Assembly: GCA_964600165.1 (NCBI GenBank)
Contig: CAZRIP010000003.1
Location: forward strand, 4,683 to 68,682
Length of the DNA stretch: 64,000 bases
Reading direction: 5' to 3'
Source: an uncultured Elusimicrobia bacterium
GTDB taxonomy: Bacteria > Elusimicrobiota > Elusimicrobia > UBA1565 > UBA9628
A program made the translations under genes and the position numbers. This document shows, one piece after another, positions 8,652-17,696 of the stretch. The notes beneath the pieces were generated by a model, which saw only the letters and a program-made list of their open reading frames with translations, was not told where the DNA came from and did not search any database. Each line of letters begins with the position of its first letter. Position 1 is the first letter of the stretch.

Positions 8652-8872
8652 GGCTTCCACCCGAGGGCGGTCAGCCCCATATAAAGGAACAGGAAGGCGG
8701 TCAAAAGAAAGAACGCTCCCCATTTCCGGCGCTCGAGGGCGATGTAAGAATCATTCAATATCGTTTCGCGTATCAGGGTGTTCATCCGGGAGATCAAGTC
8801 CGGCCGGTAGAGATAGCCGAAGCCGAGCAGGAAGCAGAGCGCGCTCAACGTCAGCTTTGCGATCGGGGTCAC
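8648..8872 (-). CDS. Small two-helix membrane protein (hypothetical)
   Basis: 74 aa with hydrophobic helices at both ends. 4-nt overlaps with pth upstream and tldD downstream. Confidence 0.5.
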   Translation of the reverse strand: MTPIAKLTLSALCFLLGFGYLYRPDLISRMNTLIRETILNDSYIALERRKWGAFFLLTAFLFLYMGLTALGWKP

Positions 8873-9435
8873 GCGGGTTCCGCGCTATTATAGCGGTTCA
8901 TGGCGAGCTCGACGCCCCGCTCGACGCAGTCGCGCACGGCGAGGTCGGCGCGCTCAAGCATGTCCTGAAGCTCTTTCTTTTCCGCGGGCTTAAAAGAGCT
9001 GAGCACGTGCACCGCCGAATCGACGCCCGGAGGCTGCCCGATGCCCAACCGCAGACGCGCGAAGGCCTCGGTTCCGAGGTGCCGGATGATCGATTTCATG
9101 CCGTTATGCCCTCCCGCCGAACCAGCCGGCTTGAGCTTCAGCCGGCCGAGGGGAAAAGCGACGTCATCGTAGCAGACGAGCAGCTCGTCGGCCTTGATCT
9201 TGTAGTAATGGCAGAGCGGCTGGAGGAACTCGCCCGAATCGTTCATGAACGTCATCGGCTTGGCCAGCATAAAAGCGGCGCCCCGGGCGAAATCGCCCGG
9301 GGCGCCTTTGAACTCTTCCCAACGCAGGCCCATCGCGTCGGCCAACCGGTCCACGAGCATGAACCCGACGTTGTGGCGGGTGCCCGCGTACTTGGTCCCG
9401 GGGTTGCCGAGACCGACGACCAGTCGAATAGCCAA
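8869..9435 (-). CDS. pth: Peptidyl-tRNA hydrolase
   Basis: MAIRLVVGLGNPG...HNVGFM... are the canonical Pth motifs. TTG start. Confidence 0.9.
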   Translation of the reverse strand: MAIRLVVGLGNPGTKYAGTRHNVGFMLVDRLADAMGLRWEEFKGAPGDFARGAAFMLAKPMTFMNDSGEFLQPLCHYYKIKADELLVCYDDVAFPLGRLKLKPAGSAGGHNGMKSIIRHLGTEAFARLRLGIGQPPGVDSAVHVLSSFKPAEKKELQDMLERADLAVRDCVERGVELAMNRYNSAEPA

Positions 9436-9444
9436 CGCCGAAGG

Positions 9445-10188
9445 CTACTTGCCTTCCTTCTTGGCCGGCTCCTTGCCCTTTTCCGCGGCGGGAGCGGCTT
9501 TGGCTTCCTTCGGGATGACCTTGCCTTCCTCGTCCTTCTTGCCCTTCGTCGAAGCGGACTCGGGCTCCGCGGGGGCGGCGGCGCCCTCGGCGCCGGGGAC
9601 TGCGGCGGCGGGAGCGACCTCGGCGACCTCCTCCTTGACGATGGTCACGGACAAGACCATGTGGTCGGCGGCGTCCAAGACCTCGACGTCCGTCGGGATG
9701 CGCAGGTCCTTGACCGCCAGATGCTGGTGCAGCTCGAGCGACGAGACGTCGACGTCGATCTTCTGCGGGATCTTCGTCGGCAGCGCGCGCACGCGGAGCT
9801 CGCGCAAGTCGTGGACCAGGGTACCACCGTTGTTGCGCACGCCCGGAGCCTCGCCCACGATGTGCAGGGGGACGCGAGCCTCGATCTTCTCGGTCAGCGA
9901 GATGCGCTGGAAGTCGGCGTGAACGGGGCGGTCCGTCACAGGATGGCGCTGGAGCGCCTTGACGATGACCGTCTCCGTCGTCTTGTCGACCTTAAGATGA
10001 AGGATCGCGTTGACGCCGCCCTTCTTGCGGGCGGCCAGGAGCTCCCGCTCCGAAAAAGCGATCTGCACGGCCGGCTTGTCGCCGCCGTAGATGACGCCCG
10101 GGACTCTATTGCCCGCGCGGATGGTCGAGAGCTCCTTTTTGGTGCCCGCGCCCTTTCTTGCTTCAACCGTCAACGTGATCTCTTCCAT
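9445..10188 (-). CDS. rplY: 50S ribosomal protein L25 / general stress protein Ctc
   Basis: L25/Ctc fold with a Lys/Ala/Pro/Glu-rich C-terminal tail. ATG at 10188, with AAGGAGA 12 nt upstream. The track start at 10197 is a GTG only 3 nt after that SD. Confidence 0.85.
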   Translation of the reverse strand: MEEITLTVEARKGAGTKKELSTIRAGNRVPGVIYGGDKPAVQIAFSERELLAARKKGGVNAILHLKVDKTTETVIVKALQRHPVTDRPVHADFQRISLTEKIEARVPLHIVGEAPGVRNNGGTLVHDLRELRVRALPTKIPQKIDVDVSSLELHQHLAVKDLRIPTDVEVLDAADHMVLSVTIVKEEVAEVAPAAAVPGAEGAAAPAEPESASTKGKKDEEGKVIPKEAKAAPAAEKGKEPAKKEGK

Positions 10189-10223
10189 GACTTGCACTGT
10201 TCTCCTTACGTTAAGCTAAATCT

Positions 10224-11252
10224 TCAAACGAAAAGCGCGCTGATCGACTTGCCTTGGTGATTGCGCGCGATCGCTTCTCCCATCAGCCCCGCGATGGACA
10301 AGACTTTGATCTTGCCGCCTTCGAGGTGCCTGACCGGGATCGAGTCCGTCAAAATCATCTCCTCGAGCATCGAAGCCTCGACGAGGTCGCGCGCGGCGCC
10401 GGAAAGGACGCCGTGCACGCAGGCGGCGTAGACCTTCGTCGCGCCGTTCTCGCGGATCTTGGCCGCGACCTTGGTCAGCGTGCCGCCGGTGTCCACCATG
10501 TCGTCCAAGATGATGCAGTTCTTGCCCGCCACGTCGCCGATGATGTTGTAGACCGAGGCTTCGTTCGGCCGCGGCCGCCGCTTGTCGATGATGACGAGCT
10601 GGGCGTTCAAGCGCTTGGCGAAGGCGCGCGCGCGCTCGACGCCGCCGACGTCGGGACTGACGACGCAGAGGTTCTTCAAATTCTTCTTGCGGACGTATTC
10701 GAGGATGATCGGGGCGGCGTAGAGGTGATCGACCGGGATGTCGAAGAAACCCTGGATTTGCGACGCGTGCAGGTCCATCGTGATCACGCGGTTGGCGCCG
10801 GCCGTCGTGATCAGATTCGCCATCAACTTCGAGCTGATGGGCATGCGCGGCGCGGCCTTGCGGTCGGCGCGCGCGTAGCCGAAATAGGGGATGACGGCCG
10901 TGATGCGGCCGGCCGAGGCGCGGCGCAGCGCGTCGATCATGATCAAGAGCTCGATCATGTTCTCGTTGACCGGGCGGCAGGTCGGCTGGATCACGTAGCA
11001 GTCCGAGCCGCGCACGTTCTCCTCAATCTGGACGTTGATCTCGCCGTCGGCGAAGCGGCCGACGTGCGCTTGGCCGAGCGGCATCTTGAGATAGCGCCCG
11101 ATGTCTTCGGCCAGCGGGCGGTTGGCGTTGCCCGTGAAGAGCTTGAGGTGCTGGAACAGTTTGATCCCGTCGACGTAGCGCGTCTCCGCGCTGGACCTCG
11201 AGGGCGTGCTCGACTCCGGAGGGGCGGTCTTCGTCGTGAGCGTTCGGGCCAT
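10224..11252 (-). CDS. prs: Ribose-phosphate pyrophosphokinase
   Basis: KLFTGNANRPLAEDIG...DLHASQIQGFF...VVSPDVGG are Prs motifs. The ATG lies 2 nt after the glmU stop. Confidence 0.9.
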   Translation of the reverse strand: MARTLTTKTAPPESSTPSRSSAETRYVDGIKLFQHLKLFTGNANRPLAEDIGRYLKMPLGQAHVGRFADGEINVQIEENVRGSDCYVIQPTCRPVNENMIELLIMIDALRRASAGRITAVIPYFGYARADRKAAPRMPISSKLMANLITTAGANRVITMDLHASQIQGFFDIPVDHLYAAPIILEYVRKKNLKNLCVVSPDVGGVERARAFAKRLNAQLVIIDKRRPRPNEASVYNIIGDVAGKNCIILDDMVDTGGTLTKVAAKIRENGATKVYAACVHGVLSGAARDLVEASMLEEMILTDSIPVRHLEGGKIKVLSIAGLMGEAIARNHQGKSISALFV

Positions 11253-11254
11253 GT

Positions 11255-12655
11255 TTATTTTTCTTTATTCACTTGGCGCGCGCGGGCGATCGCGAGCGCC
11301 TCGTCGGGAACGTCCTCGGTCACCGTCGAGCCGGCCGCGATCTTGGCGCCGCGGCCGATCTTGACGGGGGCGATGAGGTTGACGTTCGAGCCGACGAACG
11401 CCTTGGCGGCGATCGTCGTCTTGTGCTTGGCCTTGCCGTCGTAGTTGCACGTGATGGTTCCGGCGCCGATGTTGACGTCCTCGTGGATCTCGGCGTCGCC
11501 GATATAGCTCAAGTGGTTGATCTTCGTGCCGAAGCCGACGCGCGAGGCCTTGACCTCGGTGAAGTTGCCGATCTTGGCGCGCGGGCCGATCACGGACTCG
11601 GGCCGGATGTTCGCGAACGGCCCGATCGTCGTCTTCTCGAGGATGCGGCAGCTCTCGAGCTGCGACATGCGGACGTCGCACTCGTTGCCGATGACGACGT
11701 CCTGCATGTGCGTGAACGGCCCGATCTTGCACATCTTGCCGATCTTGGTCTTGCCGCGCAGGATGACGCCCGGCAGGATCGTCGAGTCCTGGCCGACCTC
11801 GACGTCGGCGTCGATGTGAGTGGATTGCGGGTCCAAGATCGTCACGCCCGAGAGCATCAAGCGCTCGAGCATGCGGCGGTTCATGATGCGCTCGGCGGTC
11901 GAAAGCTGGATGCGGGAATTAACGCCTAATACTTCCTCCGGGACCTGGCTCACGTAAGCGTTGACCTTGCCGCCCTTATGGCGGATGAGCTCGAGGATAT
12001 CGGTCAAGAAGTGCTCCTTCTTCGGACCTTTTTCTCCGATGTCCTTCAAGCCCGTCAGCAGGTTCTCGACCTCAAAGCAGTAGGCGCCCGAGTTGATCTC
12101 GTTGATCGAGAGCTCCTTGGACGTTCCGACCGATTCCTCGACGATGCGCAGCACCTCGCCCAGGGGCGAGCGGACGATGCGGCCGTAGCCCTTGGGGTTG
12201 GCGAGCTTGGCGGTCAAGAGCGTGACCTGGCCCTTCTGGTCCTCGTGGCTCTGCGCCAGCGCGTAGAGGCTTTCGTAGGTCAGCAGCGGCGTGTCGCCGC
12301 ACAAGACGACCGTCGTCTTGTGCTTCTTCATGAACGGCACGCTTTCCAAGACGGCGTTGCCCGAGCCGAGCTGCTTTTTCTGCTGGATGAAGGTGATGGG
12401 ACGGTTGATCTGGCACTCTTTGGCGATCTCTTGGATCTCCGCCTTGACGCGCTCGGCCTCGTGGCCGATGACGACGCCGATGGCCTGCGGCTTCAAGGCG
12501 TTGGCCAGGCGCAAGATGTAGAAGAGCATCGGCCGCCCGCCCACGTGGTGCAAGACCTTCGGGACGGCGGACTCCATGCGCGTGCCTTCGCCCGCCGCCA
12601 AGATCAGCACCGCCAGCGACTTCTGTCCTTTGTGATTGTTGTTCGAGTGGATCAT
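11255..12655 (-). CDS. glmU: Bifunctional UDP-N-acetylglucosamine pyrophosphorylase / glucosamine-1-phosphate N-acetyltransferase
   Basis: LAAGEGTRM (nucleotidyltransferase motif) plus a C-terminal left-handed beta-helix hexapeptide repeat region. 466 aa. Confidence 0.9.
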   Translation of the reverse strand: MIHSNNNHKGQKSLAVLILAAGEGTRMESAVPKVLHHVGGRPMLFYILRLANALKPQAIGVVIGHEAERVKAEIQEIAKECQINRPITFIQQKKQLGSGNAVLESVPFMKKHKTTVVLCGDTPLLTYESLYALAQSHEDQKGQVTLLTAKLANPKGYGRIVRSPLGEVLRIVEESVGTSKELSINEINSGAYCFEVENLLTGLKDIGEKGPKKEHFLTDILELIRHKGGKVNAYVSQVPEEVLGVNSRIQLSTAERIMNRRMLERLMLSGVTILDPQSTHIDADVEVGQDSTILPGVILRGKTKIGKMCKIGPFTHMQDVVIGNECDVRMSQLESCRILEKTTIGPFANIRPESVIGPRAKIGNFTEVKASRVGFGTKINHLSYIGDAEIHEDVNIGAGTITCNYDGKAKHKTTIAAKAFVGSNVNLIAPVKIGRGAKIAAGSTVTEDVPDEALAIARARQVNKEK

Positions 12656-12677
12656 GGTCGTTTGATCTAAATTTTCA

Positions 12678-12748
12678 TTCCCAGGCCTGGATTCGAACCA
12701 GGAATAACGGATTCAAAGTCCGCTGTGTTACCATTACACCACCTGGGA
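12678..12748 (-). tRNA. tRNA-Gln (anticodon UUG)
   Basis: The minus strand reads TCCCAGG-TG-GTGT-AATGGTA-ACAC-A-GCGGA-CTTTGAA-TCCGT-TATT-CCTGG-TTCGAAT-CCAGG-CCTGGGA-A. It has a 7-bp acceptor stem, D, anticodon and T arms, GTTCGAATC T-loop, anticodon TTG. 71 nt, no encoded CCA. Confidence 0.85.
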
Positions 12749-13036
12749 GTCAGAGCTGGGATCGGAGGACGGCACGCCGCCGCGCTTGACCTCCTCGTGG
12801 TAGCAGGCGATGACCCGGTCTTCCAAGACCTTGCGAAAATCCATGTTGATCGGATGGGCGATGTCCTTATACGTGCCGTCGGGCAGCTTGCGCGACGGCA
12901 TGCACAAGATGAGTCCTTTGTTGCTCGAGATGATCTTCATGTTCCGCACGACGAAGCAATTGTCGAAGGTCACGGTCGCGAAGGCCTTCAGCTTGTCTTC
13001 GTTGCGCAGATGAACGCGGATTTCCGTGATCTCCAT
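12734..13036 (-). CDS. spoVG: Septation protein SpoVG
   Basis: MEITEIRVHLRNEDKLKAFATVTFDNCFVVRNMKIISS is a near-canonical SpoVG. The ATG at 13036 overlaps the ispE stop (TAATG). The ORF runs ~15 nt into the tRNA-Gln before its first stop. Confidence 0.85.
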   Translation of the reverse strand: MEITEIRVHLRNEDKLKAFATVTFDNCFVVRNMKIISSNKGLILCMPSRKLPDGTYKDIAHPINMDFRKVLEDRVIACYHEEVKRGGVPSSDPSSDSQVV

Positions 13037-13935
13037 TACCCGTGGCAACTGGTCAGATAGACCTTCCAAGGATAGCCTCGAAGGCGTTTGACGCACTCCT
13101 CGCCTTCCTGATGCGAGGACACAAAACCGAAAACCGAAGACCCCGAGCCCGACATGCGGACAAATCGCGCGCCGGCGCGCTCGAGGATGGACCTGGCCTG
13201 GGCGACCCGCTCCAGTTCCGGCAGCTTGGCCTCTTCCAGGCGATTAAACAACAGACCGCCCCACTCGTCGACGGGGCGGCTTTTTTTAAGAGCGGCAAGC
13301 AGTTTATTAAGTTGGGAAAGCCTTGTCAACACGACGGGCCTGGAAGGCTTTTCGAGGGTCTTGTAGACGGACGGGGTGGCGACGTGAAGACCCGGATGGG
13401 CGAGGACCATATAAGGTAAAGACTTGCCGATCGCGACGCCCTTCAAGCGGTCGCCGATGCCGGTCCCCAAGCAGAACGCCTCAGGGCGCAGGAAGAACGG
13501 GACGTCGGCGCCGAGCGTGACCGCGATCTCGTGGAGCTTCTTTTTCTTCTTGGCGTCCAATTTGATGTCGAAGAGCTTCGCCAAGCCGAGCAGCGTCCCC
13601 GCGGCGTCGGAGGAGCCGCCGCCCAACCCCGCTCCCATCGGGATGCGTTTGGTGAGGACGATCTTGACGCCCTGCCCGACGCGGAACGCCTTGTAGAACG
13701 CGCGCGCCGCGCGCATGACGAGGTTGTCCTCGCCCGCGGACAGCGCGGGCGCGCCGGCTTCTTCCGAAGGAATCTCGAGCTGGATTTCGCCGGTCTGATC
13801 GGCGGTCATGTCGAGCACGTCGTAGAGGTTGATCTTCGCGAAGAGGGTGGCGAGCCGGTGATAGCCGTCGGGGCGCTTGCCGGTGATCTCGAGGAAAAGA
13901 TTGACCTTCGCCGGGCACTGCACCTTCAGACTCAT
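13036..13935 (-). CDS. ispE: 4-diphosphocytidyl-2-C-methyl-D-erythritol kinase
   Basis: GHMP-kinase motif PMGAGLGGGSSDAA. MSLKVQCPAKVNLFLEI is the IspE N-terminus. Confidence 0.9.
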   Translation of the reverse strand: MSLKVQCPAKVNLFLEITGKRPDGYHRLATLFAKINLYDVLDMTADQTGEIQLEIPSEEAGAPALSAGEDNLVMRAARAFYKAFRVGQGVKIVLTKRIPMGAGLGGGSSDAAGTLLGLAKLFDIKLDAKKKKKLHEIAVTLGADVPFFLRPEAFCLGTGIGDRLKGVAIGKSLPYMVLAHPGLHVATPSVYKTLEKPSRPVVLTRLSQLNKLLAALKKSRPVDEWGGLLFNRLEEAKLPELERVAQARSILERAGARFVRMSGSGSSVFGFVSSHQEGEECVKRLRGYPWKVYLTSCHG

Positions 13936-16133
13936 GGCTTGCTTCCCATCCCGTCGTTCGCGGCCGTCAGGGGCTCGAGGTCGAGCTTGACGTTGTCGAA
14001 CTCGATCGACATCGTGTAGCCTCGACCCGAGCCGACGAGGCGCTTGGGCACGAAGCGTCCCTCATAACGGGCGAAATCCTGGAGCTCGAGATTGAAATCG
14101 GGCCGCGCCGCCGGCGATACGTCCACGGCCAAACCGCCCTCGCGGGCGATCTTGATCTTCCAGCCGGGAACGTCGACGAAGCGGCTTCTCCAATGCTTCT
14201 CGTAGCGCGCGGGCCTGAGGGTCCAGAGCTCGCCGGAAAGATAGGCGCGCGCGGCGGTGAACAGCTGGGCGGCGGCGTCCGCGACGGCTTGGTCGTCGAG
14301 CCCCTCGACGTGGATCGGGTCCATTTGAAACCCTTGCGGGCCCGCGCGCACGCGAAAGAGCGGCGTAAACAGCGGCCCGAGCAGGTCGACGTCGAGCTCC
14401 TGGCCCTTGAACGTCAGCAGCCCGCGAAATTTCATCGAATGGCCGAGCACGGCGGCCTTGATGTCGCAAAGCCCGCTCACTTTCTTGAGCCCGCCCTGCG
14501 CCAGCCGGAAGAAATCGAGCGAAAGCTCGCCGAGCTTTTCCGACGAGAAGCGGCGCTCGAGCTTGCGCGACTTCTGCGGCAGCGGCGACTGCTCGGTGGC
14601 CAGCGACTCCGCGCGCCGCCAGAAAAGCCACGCCTTCTCGCGCTCGCCCAGCGCGTCGTAAGCGTCGCCGACGTGCTCCCAGACCGTCTCGTCTTCCGGG
14701 AGCCCTTTGAGCGCGGCGAGAAGGTCCGACAGCGCCTCCGTCGACCGGCCGAGCTTGAAGCGCGCCCAGCCGAGCGAATCCTGATAGGCCGCGTTTTGCG
14801 GATCGAGGGCCACGGCGCGCGCGATCATGTCCTCGGCCTCGCCGAGCTTGAGACCGCGGTCGGCCAGCGAGTAGCCGAGATAATTGAGGACGGCGGCGTC
14901 GTCGGGCTTATCGGCGAGCAGGTCTCGGAACTGGGCCTCGGCCCCCGTGATGTCGCCGGTCTTCTCGAGCAGCACGCCCAATTGATAGCGCGCGTCCCGG
15001 AAGTCGGGCTTGAGCGCCAGCGCCTTGCGCAGCACCTTGATCGCGTCGGCGTCGCGCTTGAGGTCGTCGTAGCCGAGCGCGAGGAAATAGGCGAGCTGGT
15101 CGTTGTTGGGCCAGCGCGCCAACCCCGCCTCGAGGACGGAGACGGCGTCGTTGAGCCGGCCGGCTTGCGTGAGGTAATAGCTCAAGCGCATGCTCAAGGC
15201 CGGCTCGTCTTTGAGCGCCGCGCTCGAGCGCAGATAGGTCGCCGCCTTCAGGTAGTCGCCCTCGCGTTCGGCGTCGAGCGCGAGCCAGTGATTGGCCGTC
15301 GGATCGTCAGGTTGGGCGTTCTTGGCCTCCTGGAACTGGGCTCGCGCCTTGTCGTACTCTCCATTCGCGAAATAAATCTGCCCGATGTGATTGAGAAGCG
15401 CGGCGTTCTGCGACTCGATCTTGGCGATCTGGAGGTACTCGTCGAGCGCGGCCTGCGTCGAGTGCTGCGTCTCGTAGGCCTGCGCGAGCGCGTAGCGCGC
15501 GGGAAGCGCGTCGCCCTCGGGATCGAGCTCGATCGACGCCTTGAGCTCCTTCTCGGACGACGGGAACCTTCCTTCCTGGAGATCGATCTTCGCGAGCTGG
15601 AAGTGGGCCTCCGCGGCCTCCTCGGGATTCTGCTCGAGGAAGCGCTGGAGCAGCTCGCGCGCCTTCTGCGGCGACTTGGCGGCGAGCAAGCTGCCGAGCG
15701 AGAAGATCGTCTCGGCCGACTTCGGATCGAGCTTGAGCGCGGTCTCGAAGGAAGCCTCGGCCTCGTCGAGGCGGCCGAGGGCCCAGCACACCCGTCCGAT
15801 GAGAAGATGCGACGACGCGCTCTTGGGCTCGAGCTCGACGACCTTGCGGGCCCAGCGCTCGGCCTTGTCCGGCTGGCCGATCTCGAGCGAGAGCTCGGCC
15901 GCTTGGCGGCAGATGAAAGCCGAGTTCGGATCGGCCGCGAGCGCCTGCTCATAAGCTTCGAGGGCCTCGGCGTAGGCCCCTCGGCGCTCGGCGAGCATCC
16001 CGCGGAGATAGGCCATCTCCGCGGTCTTCGCGATGACGCCAGACGGCGCCTCGGCCCGGGCGCTCGGCGCGAGGACGCCGAAGGCCGGGAAAGCGAAGAC
16101 AAAGACGGCGAGCAACGGGGCGGAGGCTTTCAA
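13932..16133 (-). CDS. Secreted TPR-repeat protein with a C-terminal LolB/LppX-like lipoprotein-fold domain
   Basis: 733 aa. Signal peptide MKASAPLLAVFVFAFPAFG. About 12 TPR-like helical repeats. The C-terminal ~200 aa resemble LolB/DUF4292 (inference). Confidence 0.7.
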   Translation of the reverse strand: MKASAPLLAVFVFAFPAFGVLAPSARAEAPSGVIAKTAEMAYLRGMLAERRGAYAEALEAYEQALAADPNSAFICRQAAELSLEIGQPDKAERWARKVVELEPKSASSHLLIGRVCWALGRLDEAEASFETALKLDPKSAETIFSLGSLLAAKSPQKARELLQRFLEQNPEEAAEAHFQLAKIDLQEGRFPSSEKELKASIELDPEGDALPARYALAQAYETQHSTQAALDEYLQIAKIESQNAALLNHIGQIYFANGEYDKARAQFQEAKNAQPDDPTANHWLALDAEREGDYLKAATYLRSSAALKDEPALSMRLSYYLTQAGRLNDAVSVLEAGLARWPNNDQLAYFLALGYDDLKRDADAIKVLRKALALKPDFRDARYQLGVLLEKTGDITGAEAQFRDLLADKPDDAAVLNYLGYSLADRGLKLGEAEDMIARAVALDPQNAAYQDSLGWARFKLGRSTEALSDLLAALKGLPEDETVWEHVGDAYDALGEREKAWLFWRRAESLATEQSPLPQKSRKLERRFSSEKLGELSLDFFRLAQGGLKKVSGLCDIKAAVLGHSMKFRGLLTFKGQELDVDLLGPLFTPLFRVRAGPQGFQMDPIHVEGLDDQAVADAAAQLFTAARAYLSGELWTLRPARYEKHWRSRFVDVPGWKIKIAREGGLAVDVSPAARPDFNLELQDFARYEGRFVPKRLVGSGRGYTMSIEFDNVKLDLEPLTAANDGMGSKP

Positions 16134-16573
16134 GGAAGATTCCGATCCATCAGGACGGCGTCGGAGCCGTCATTATAAAACTTTGGGCGGCGGCCGACAA
16201 CGCGAAAGCCCGCGGCCGTGTAAAAGTTTTGTGCGCGGACGTTGCGCGCGCCCACCTCGAGCGTCACGCGGGTAAGCCTCAGCGAGCGCGCCGTCTCGAA
16301 AAGCGCGTCGAGCAAGGCGCGGCCGGCCCCACGGCGGTCCTCGCGCGCGGCGATATCGACGATCTGCGCCTCATCGGGCGCGATACGCGCGATCAAATAG
16401 CCGAGGACTCCGGCGGCGCCCTCGGAGACGAAGAAGAGCGACCCATCGCGCTCTATTTCTTCTTCGAGCGCCGCGGGCGGCCAGCCGGCGGATTCAGTCC
16501 GCGCGCGAGCGACCGCGGCGACCGCCGCGACGTCAGCGCGCCGCGCCGGCCTGACGCTTGGCTTTTGCTTCAT
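16130..16573 (-). CDS. rimI: Ribosomal-protein-alanine N-acetyltransferase (GNAT)
   Basis: GNAT core ..IARIAPDEAQIVDIAAREDRRGAGRALL... Lies next to tsaB, the typical context. The start may be an internal GTG. Confidence 0.75.
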   Translation of the reverse strand: MKQKPSVRPARRADVAAVAAVARARTESAGWPPAALEEEIERDGSLFFVSEGAAGVLGYLIARIAPDEAQIVDIAAREDRRGAGRALLDALFETARSLRLTRVTLEVGARNVRAQNFYTAAGFRVVGRRPKFYNDGSDAVLMDRNLP

Positions 16574-17153
16574 AACCGGCCGGCTTGAGATAAAGCGGCT
16601 CGAATGCGGGCTTGCGGCCCGAGGCGATGATCGCGGCGGCGGCGGCGGCGAGGTCCTCGGCCGTCGGGTCGGCCTCGAGGAGCTCCGCGCCGCGATCGCG
16701 CAGGGCGGCCCGGACGCCGGGCCAGCCCGCGGCGTCCACCCAGACGGGAGGCTCGGCGGGCGCGAGCCCCTTGGGGCCTCGCGCGAAGAGCTGGCAGAAT
16801 TTCTCGTCGCGCCAGCCCGGCACGACGACGGCGATCAGCGCGCCGTTCGCGCGCGTGGCGGCGGCCTCGAGGCGCGAGACGGCGAGCGCGCGCTTCTTGA
16901 GCGCGCCGGCGGCGACGGCCGCGAAGGCCATGCCGATGCGGATGCCCGTGAAGCGCCCGGGGCCGCTGGCGGCGGCGAAGGCGTCGAGCTCATCGATGCG
17001 CAGGCCGGCCCGCTTGAGAAGCGCGTCGACCCGCTTGATGAGCGTCTCGTCGTGAGGCTTGGCCAAGACCTTGTGGAAACGATAGACCTTGCCGCCCGAG
17101 AGAAGCGCGAGGCTCAGAGGCTCGCCGGCCGTGTCGATCGCGAGGATGTTCAT
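16533..17153 (-). CDS. tsaB: tRNA threonylcarbamoyladenosine biosynthesis protein TsaB (YeaZ)
   Basis: MNILAIDTAGEPLSLALL is the YeaZ N-terminus. ATGA overlap with tsaE. Confidence 0.85.
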   Translation of the reverse strand: MNILAIDTAGEPLSLALLSGGKVYRFHKVLAKPHDETLIKRVDALLKRAGLRIDELDAFAAASGPGRFTGIRIGMAFAAVAAGALKKRALAVSRLEAAATRANGALIAVVVPGWRDEKFCQLFARGPKGLAPAEPPVWVDAAGWPGVRAALRDRGAELLEADPTAEDLAAAAAAIIASGRKPAFEPLYLKPAGYEAKAKRQAGAAR

Positions 17154-17602
17154 CGCGCGATGCCCGCGAGCAGCGCGCGCGAGCGCTTTCCGCGCGCCTT
17201 GAACGCGAGCCGCCGCGCGCCGGCCGCGTGCGCGAGCCGCACCTCGAGGCGGTCTTTGGGATAGAAGATCTCCCCCGCCTCAGGCCACTCGATCACGCAA
17301 GCCGCGCGCGGGTCGCGGACGAAGTCCTCGATGCCGATGTCGCCGGTCTGGTCCGCGTCGACGCGATAGAGATCGAGATGATGGAGCGTGAGCCTCTTGC
17401 CGCGGTACTCGCGGGCGAGCCCGAATGTGGGGCTCATCACGCGGCCGCGGCAGCCCGCGCCTTTGGCCAGGCCCTTCGTCAAAGTCGTCTTGCCGCTGCC
17501 GAGGTTGCCGTAAAGGCAGATGACATCAAGGGGCTTGAGAAGCTTGCCCAGCCGCAGGCCGACGGCGGTGGTCTCGTCGGGGGAATGGGTCGTGACGGTC
17601 AC
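17150..17602 (-). CDS. tsaE: tRNA threonylcarbamoyladenosine biosynthesis ATPase TsaE (YjeE)
   Basis: Walker A GNLGSGKTTLTKG. 150 aa. GTG start. Confidence 0.85.
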   Translation of the reverse strand: MTVTTHSPDETTAVGLRLGKLLKPLDVICLYGNLGSGKTTLTKGLAKGAGCRGRVMSPTFGLAREYRGKRLTLHHLDLYRVDADQTGDIGIEDFVRDPRAACVIEWPEAGEIFYPKDRLEVRLAHAAGARRLAFKARGKRSRALLAGIAR

Positions 17603-17656
17603 GCGGTCAGATTAGCAAATCGACCGCGCGGCACGCGCGCCAGCCCAAACCGCGGC

Positions 17657-17690
17657 GGCAACATACTGTGGCCGGCCACAATATGTTGCC
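17657..17690. repeat. 34-bp near-perfect inverted repeat GGCAACATACTGTGGCC|GGCCACAATATGTTGCC
   Basis: Read directly from the sequence. One mismatch. Lies in the 119-bp nnrD-tsaE intergenic region, immediately beside palindrome B. Confidence 0.5.
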
Positions 17691-17696
17691 GCATCG

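Noticed and set aside
14193-16178. 661-aa plus-strand ORF
   Set aside because: Antisense to the well-supported TPR gene. Composition is LRE-rich repeat garbage.
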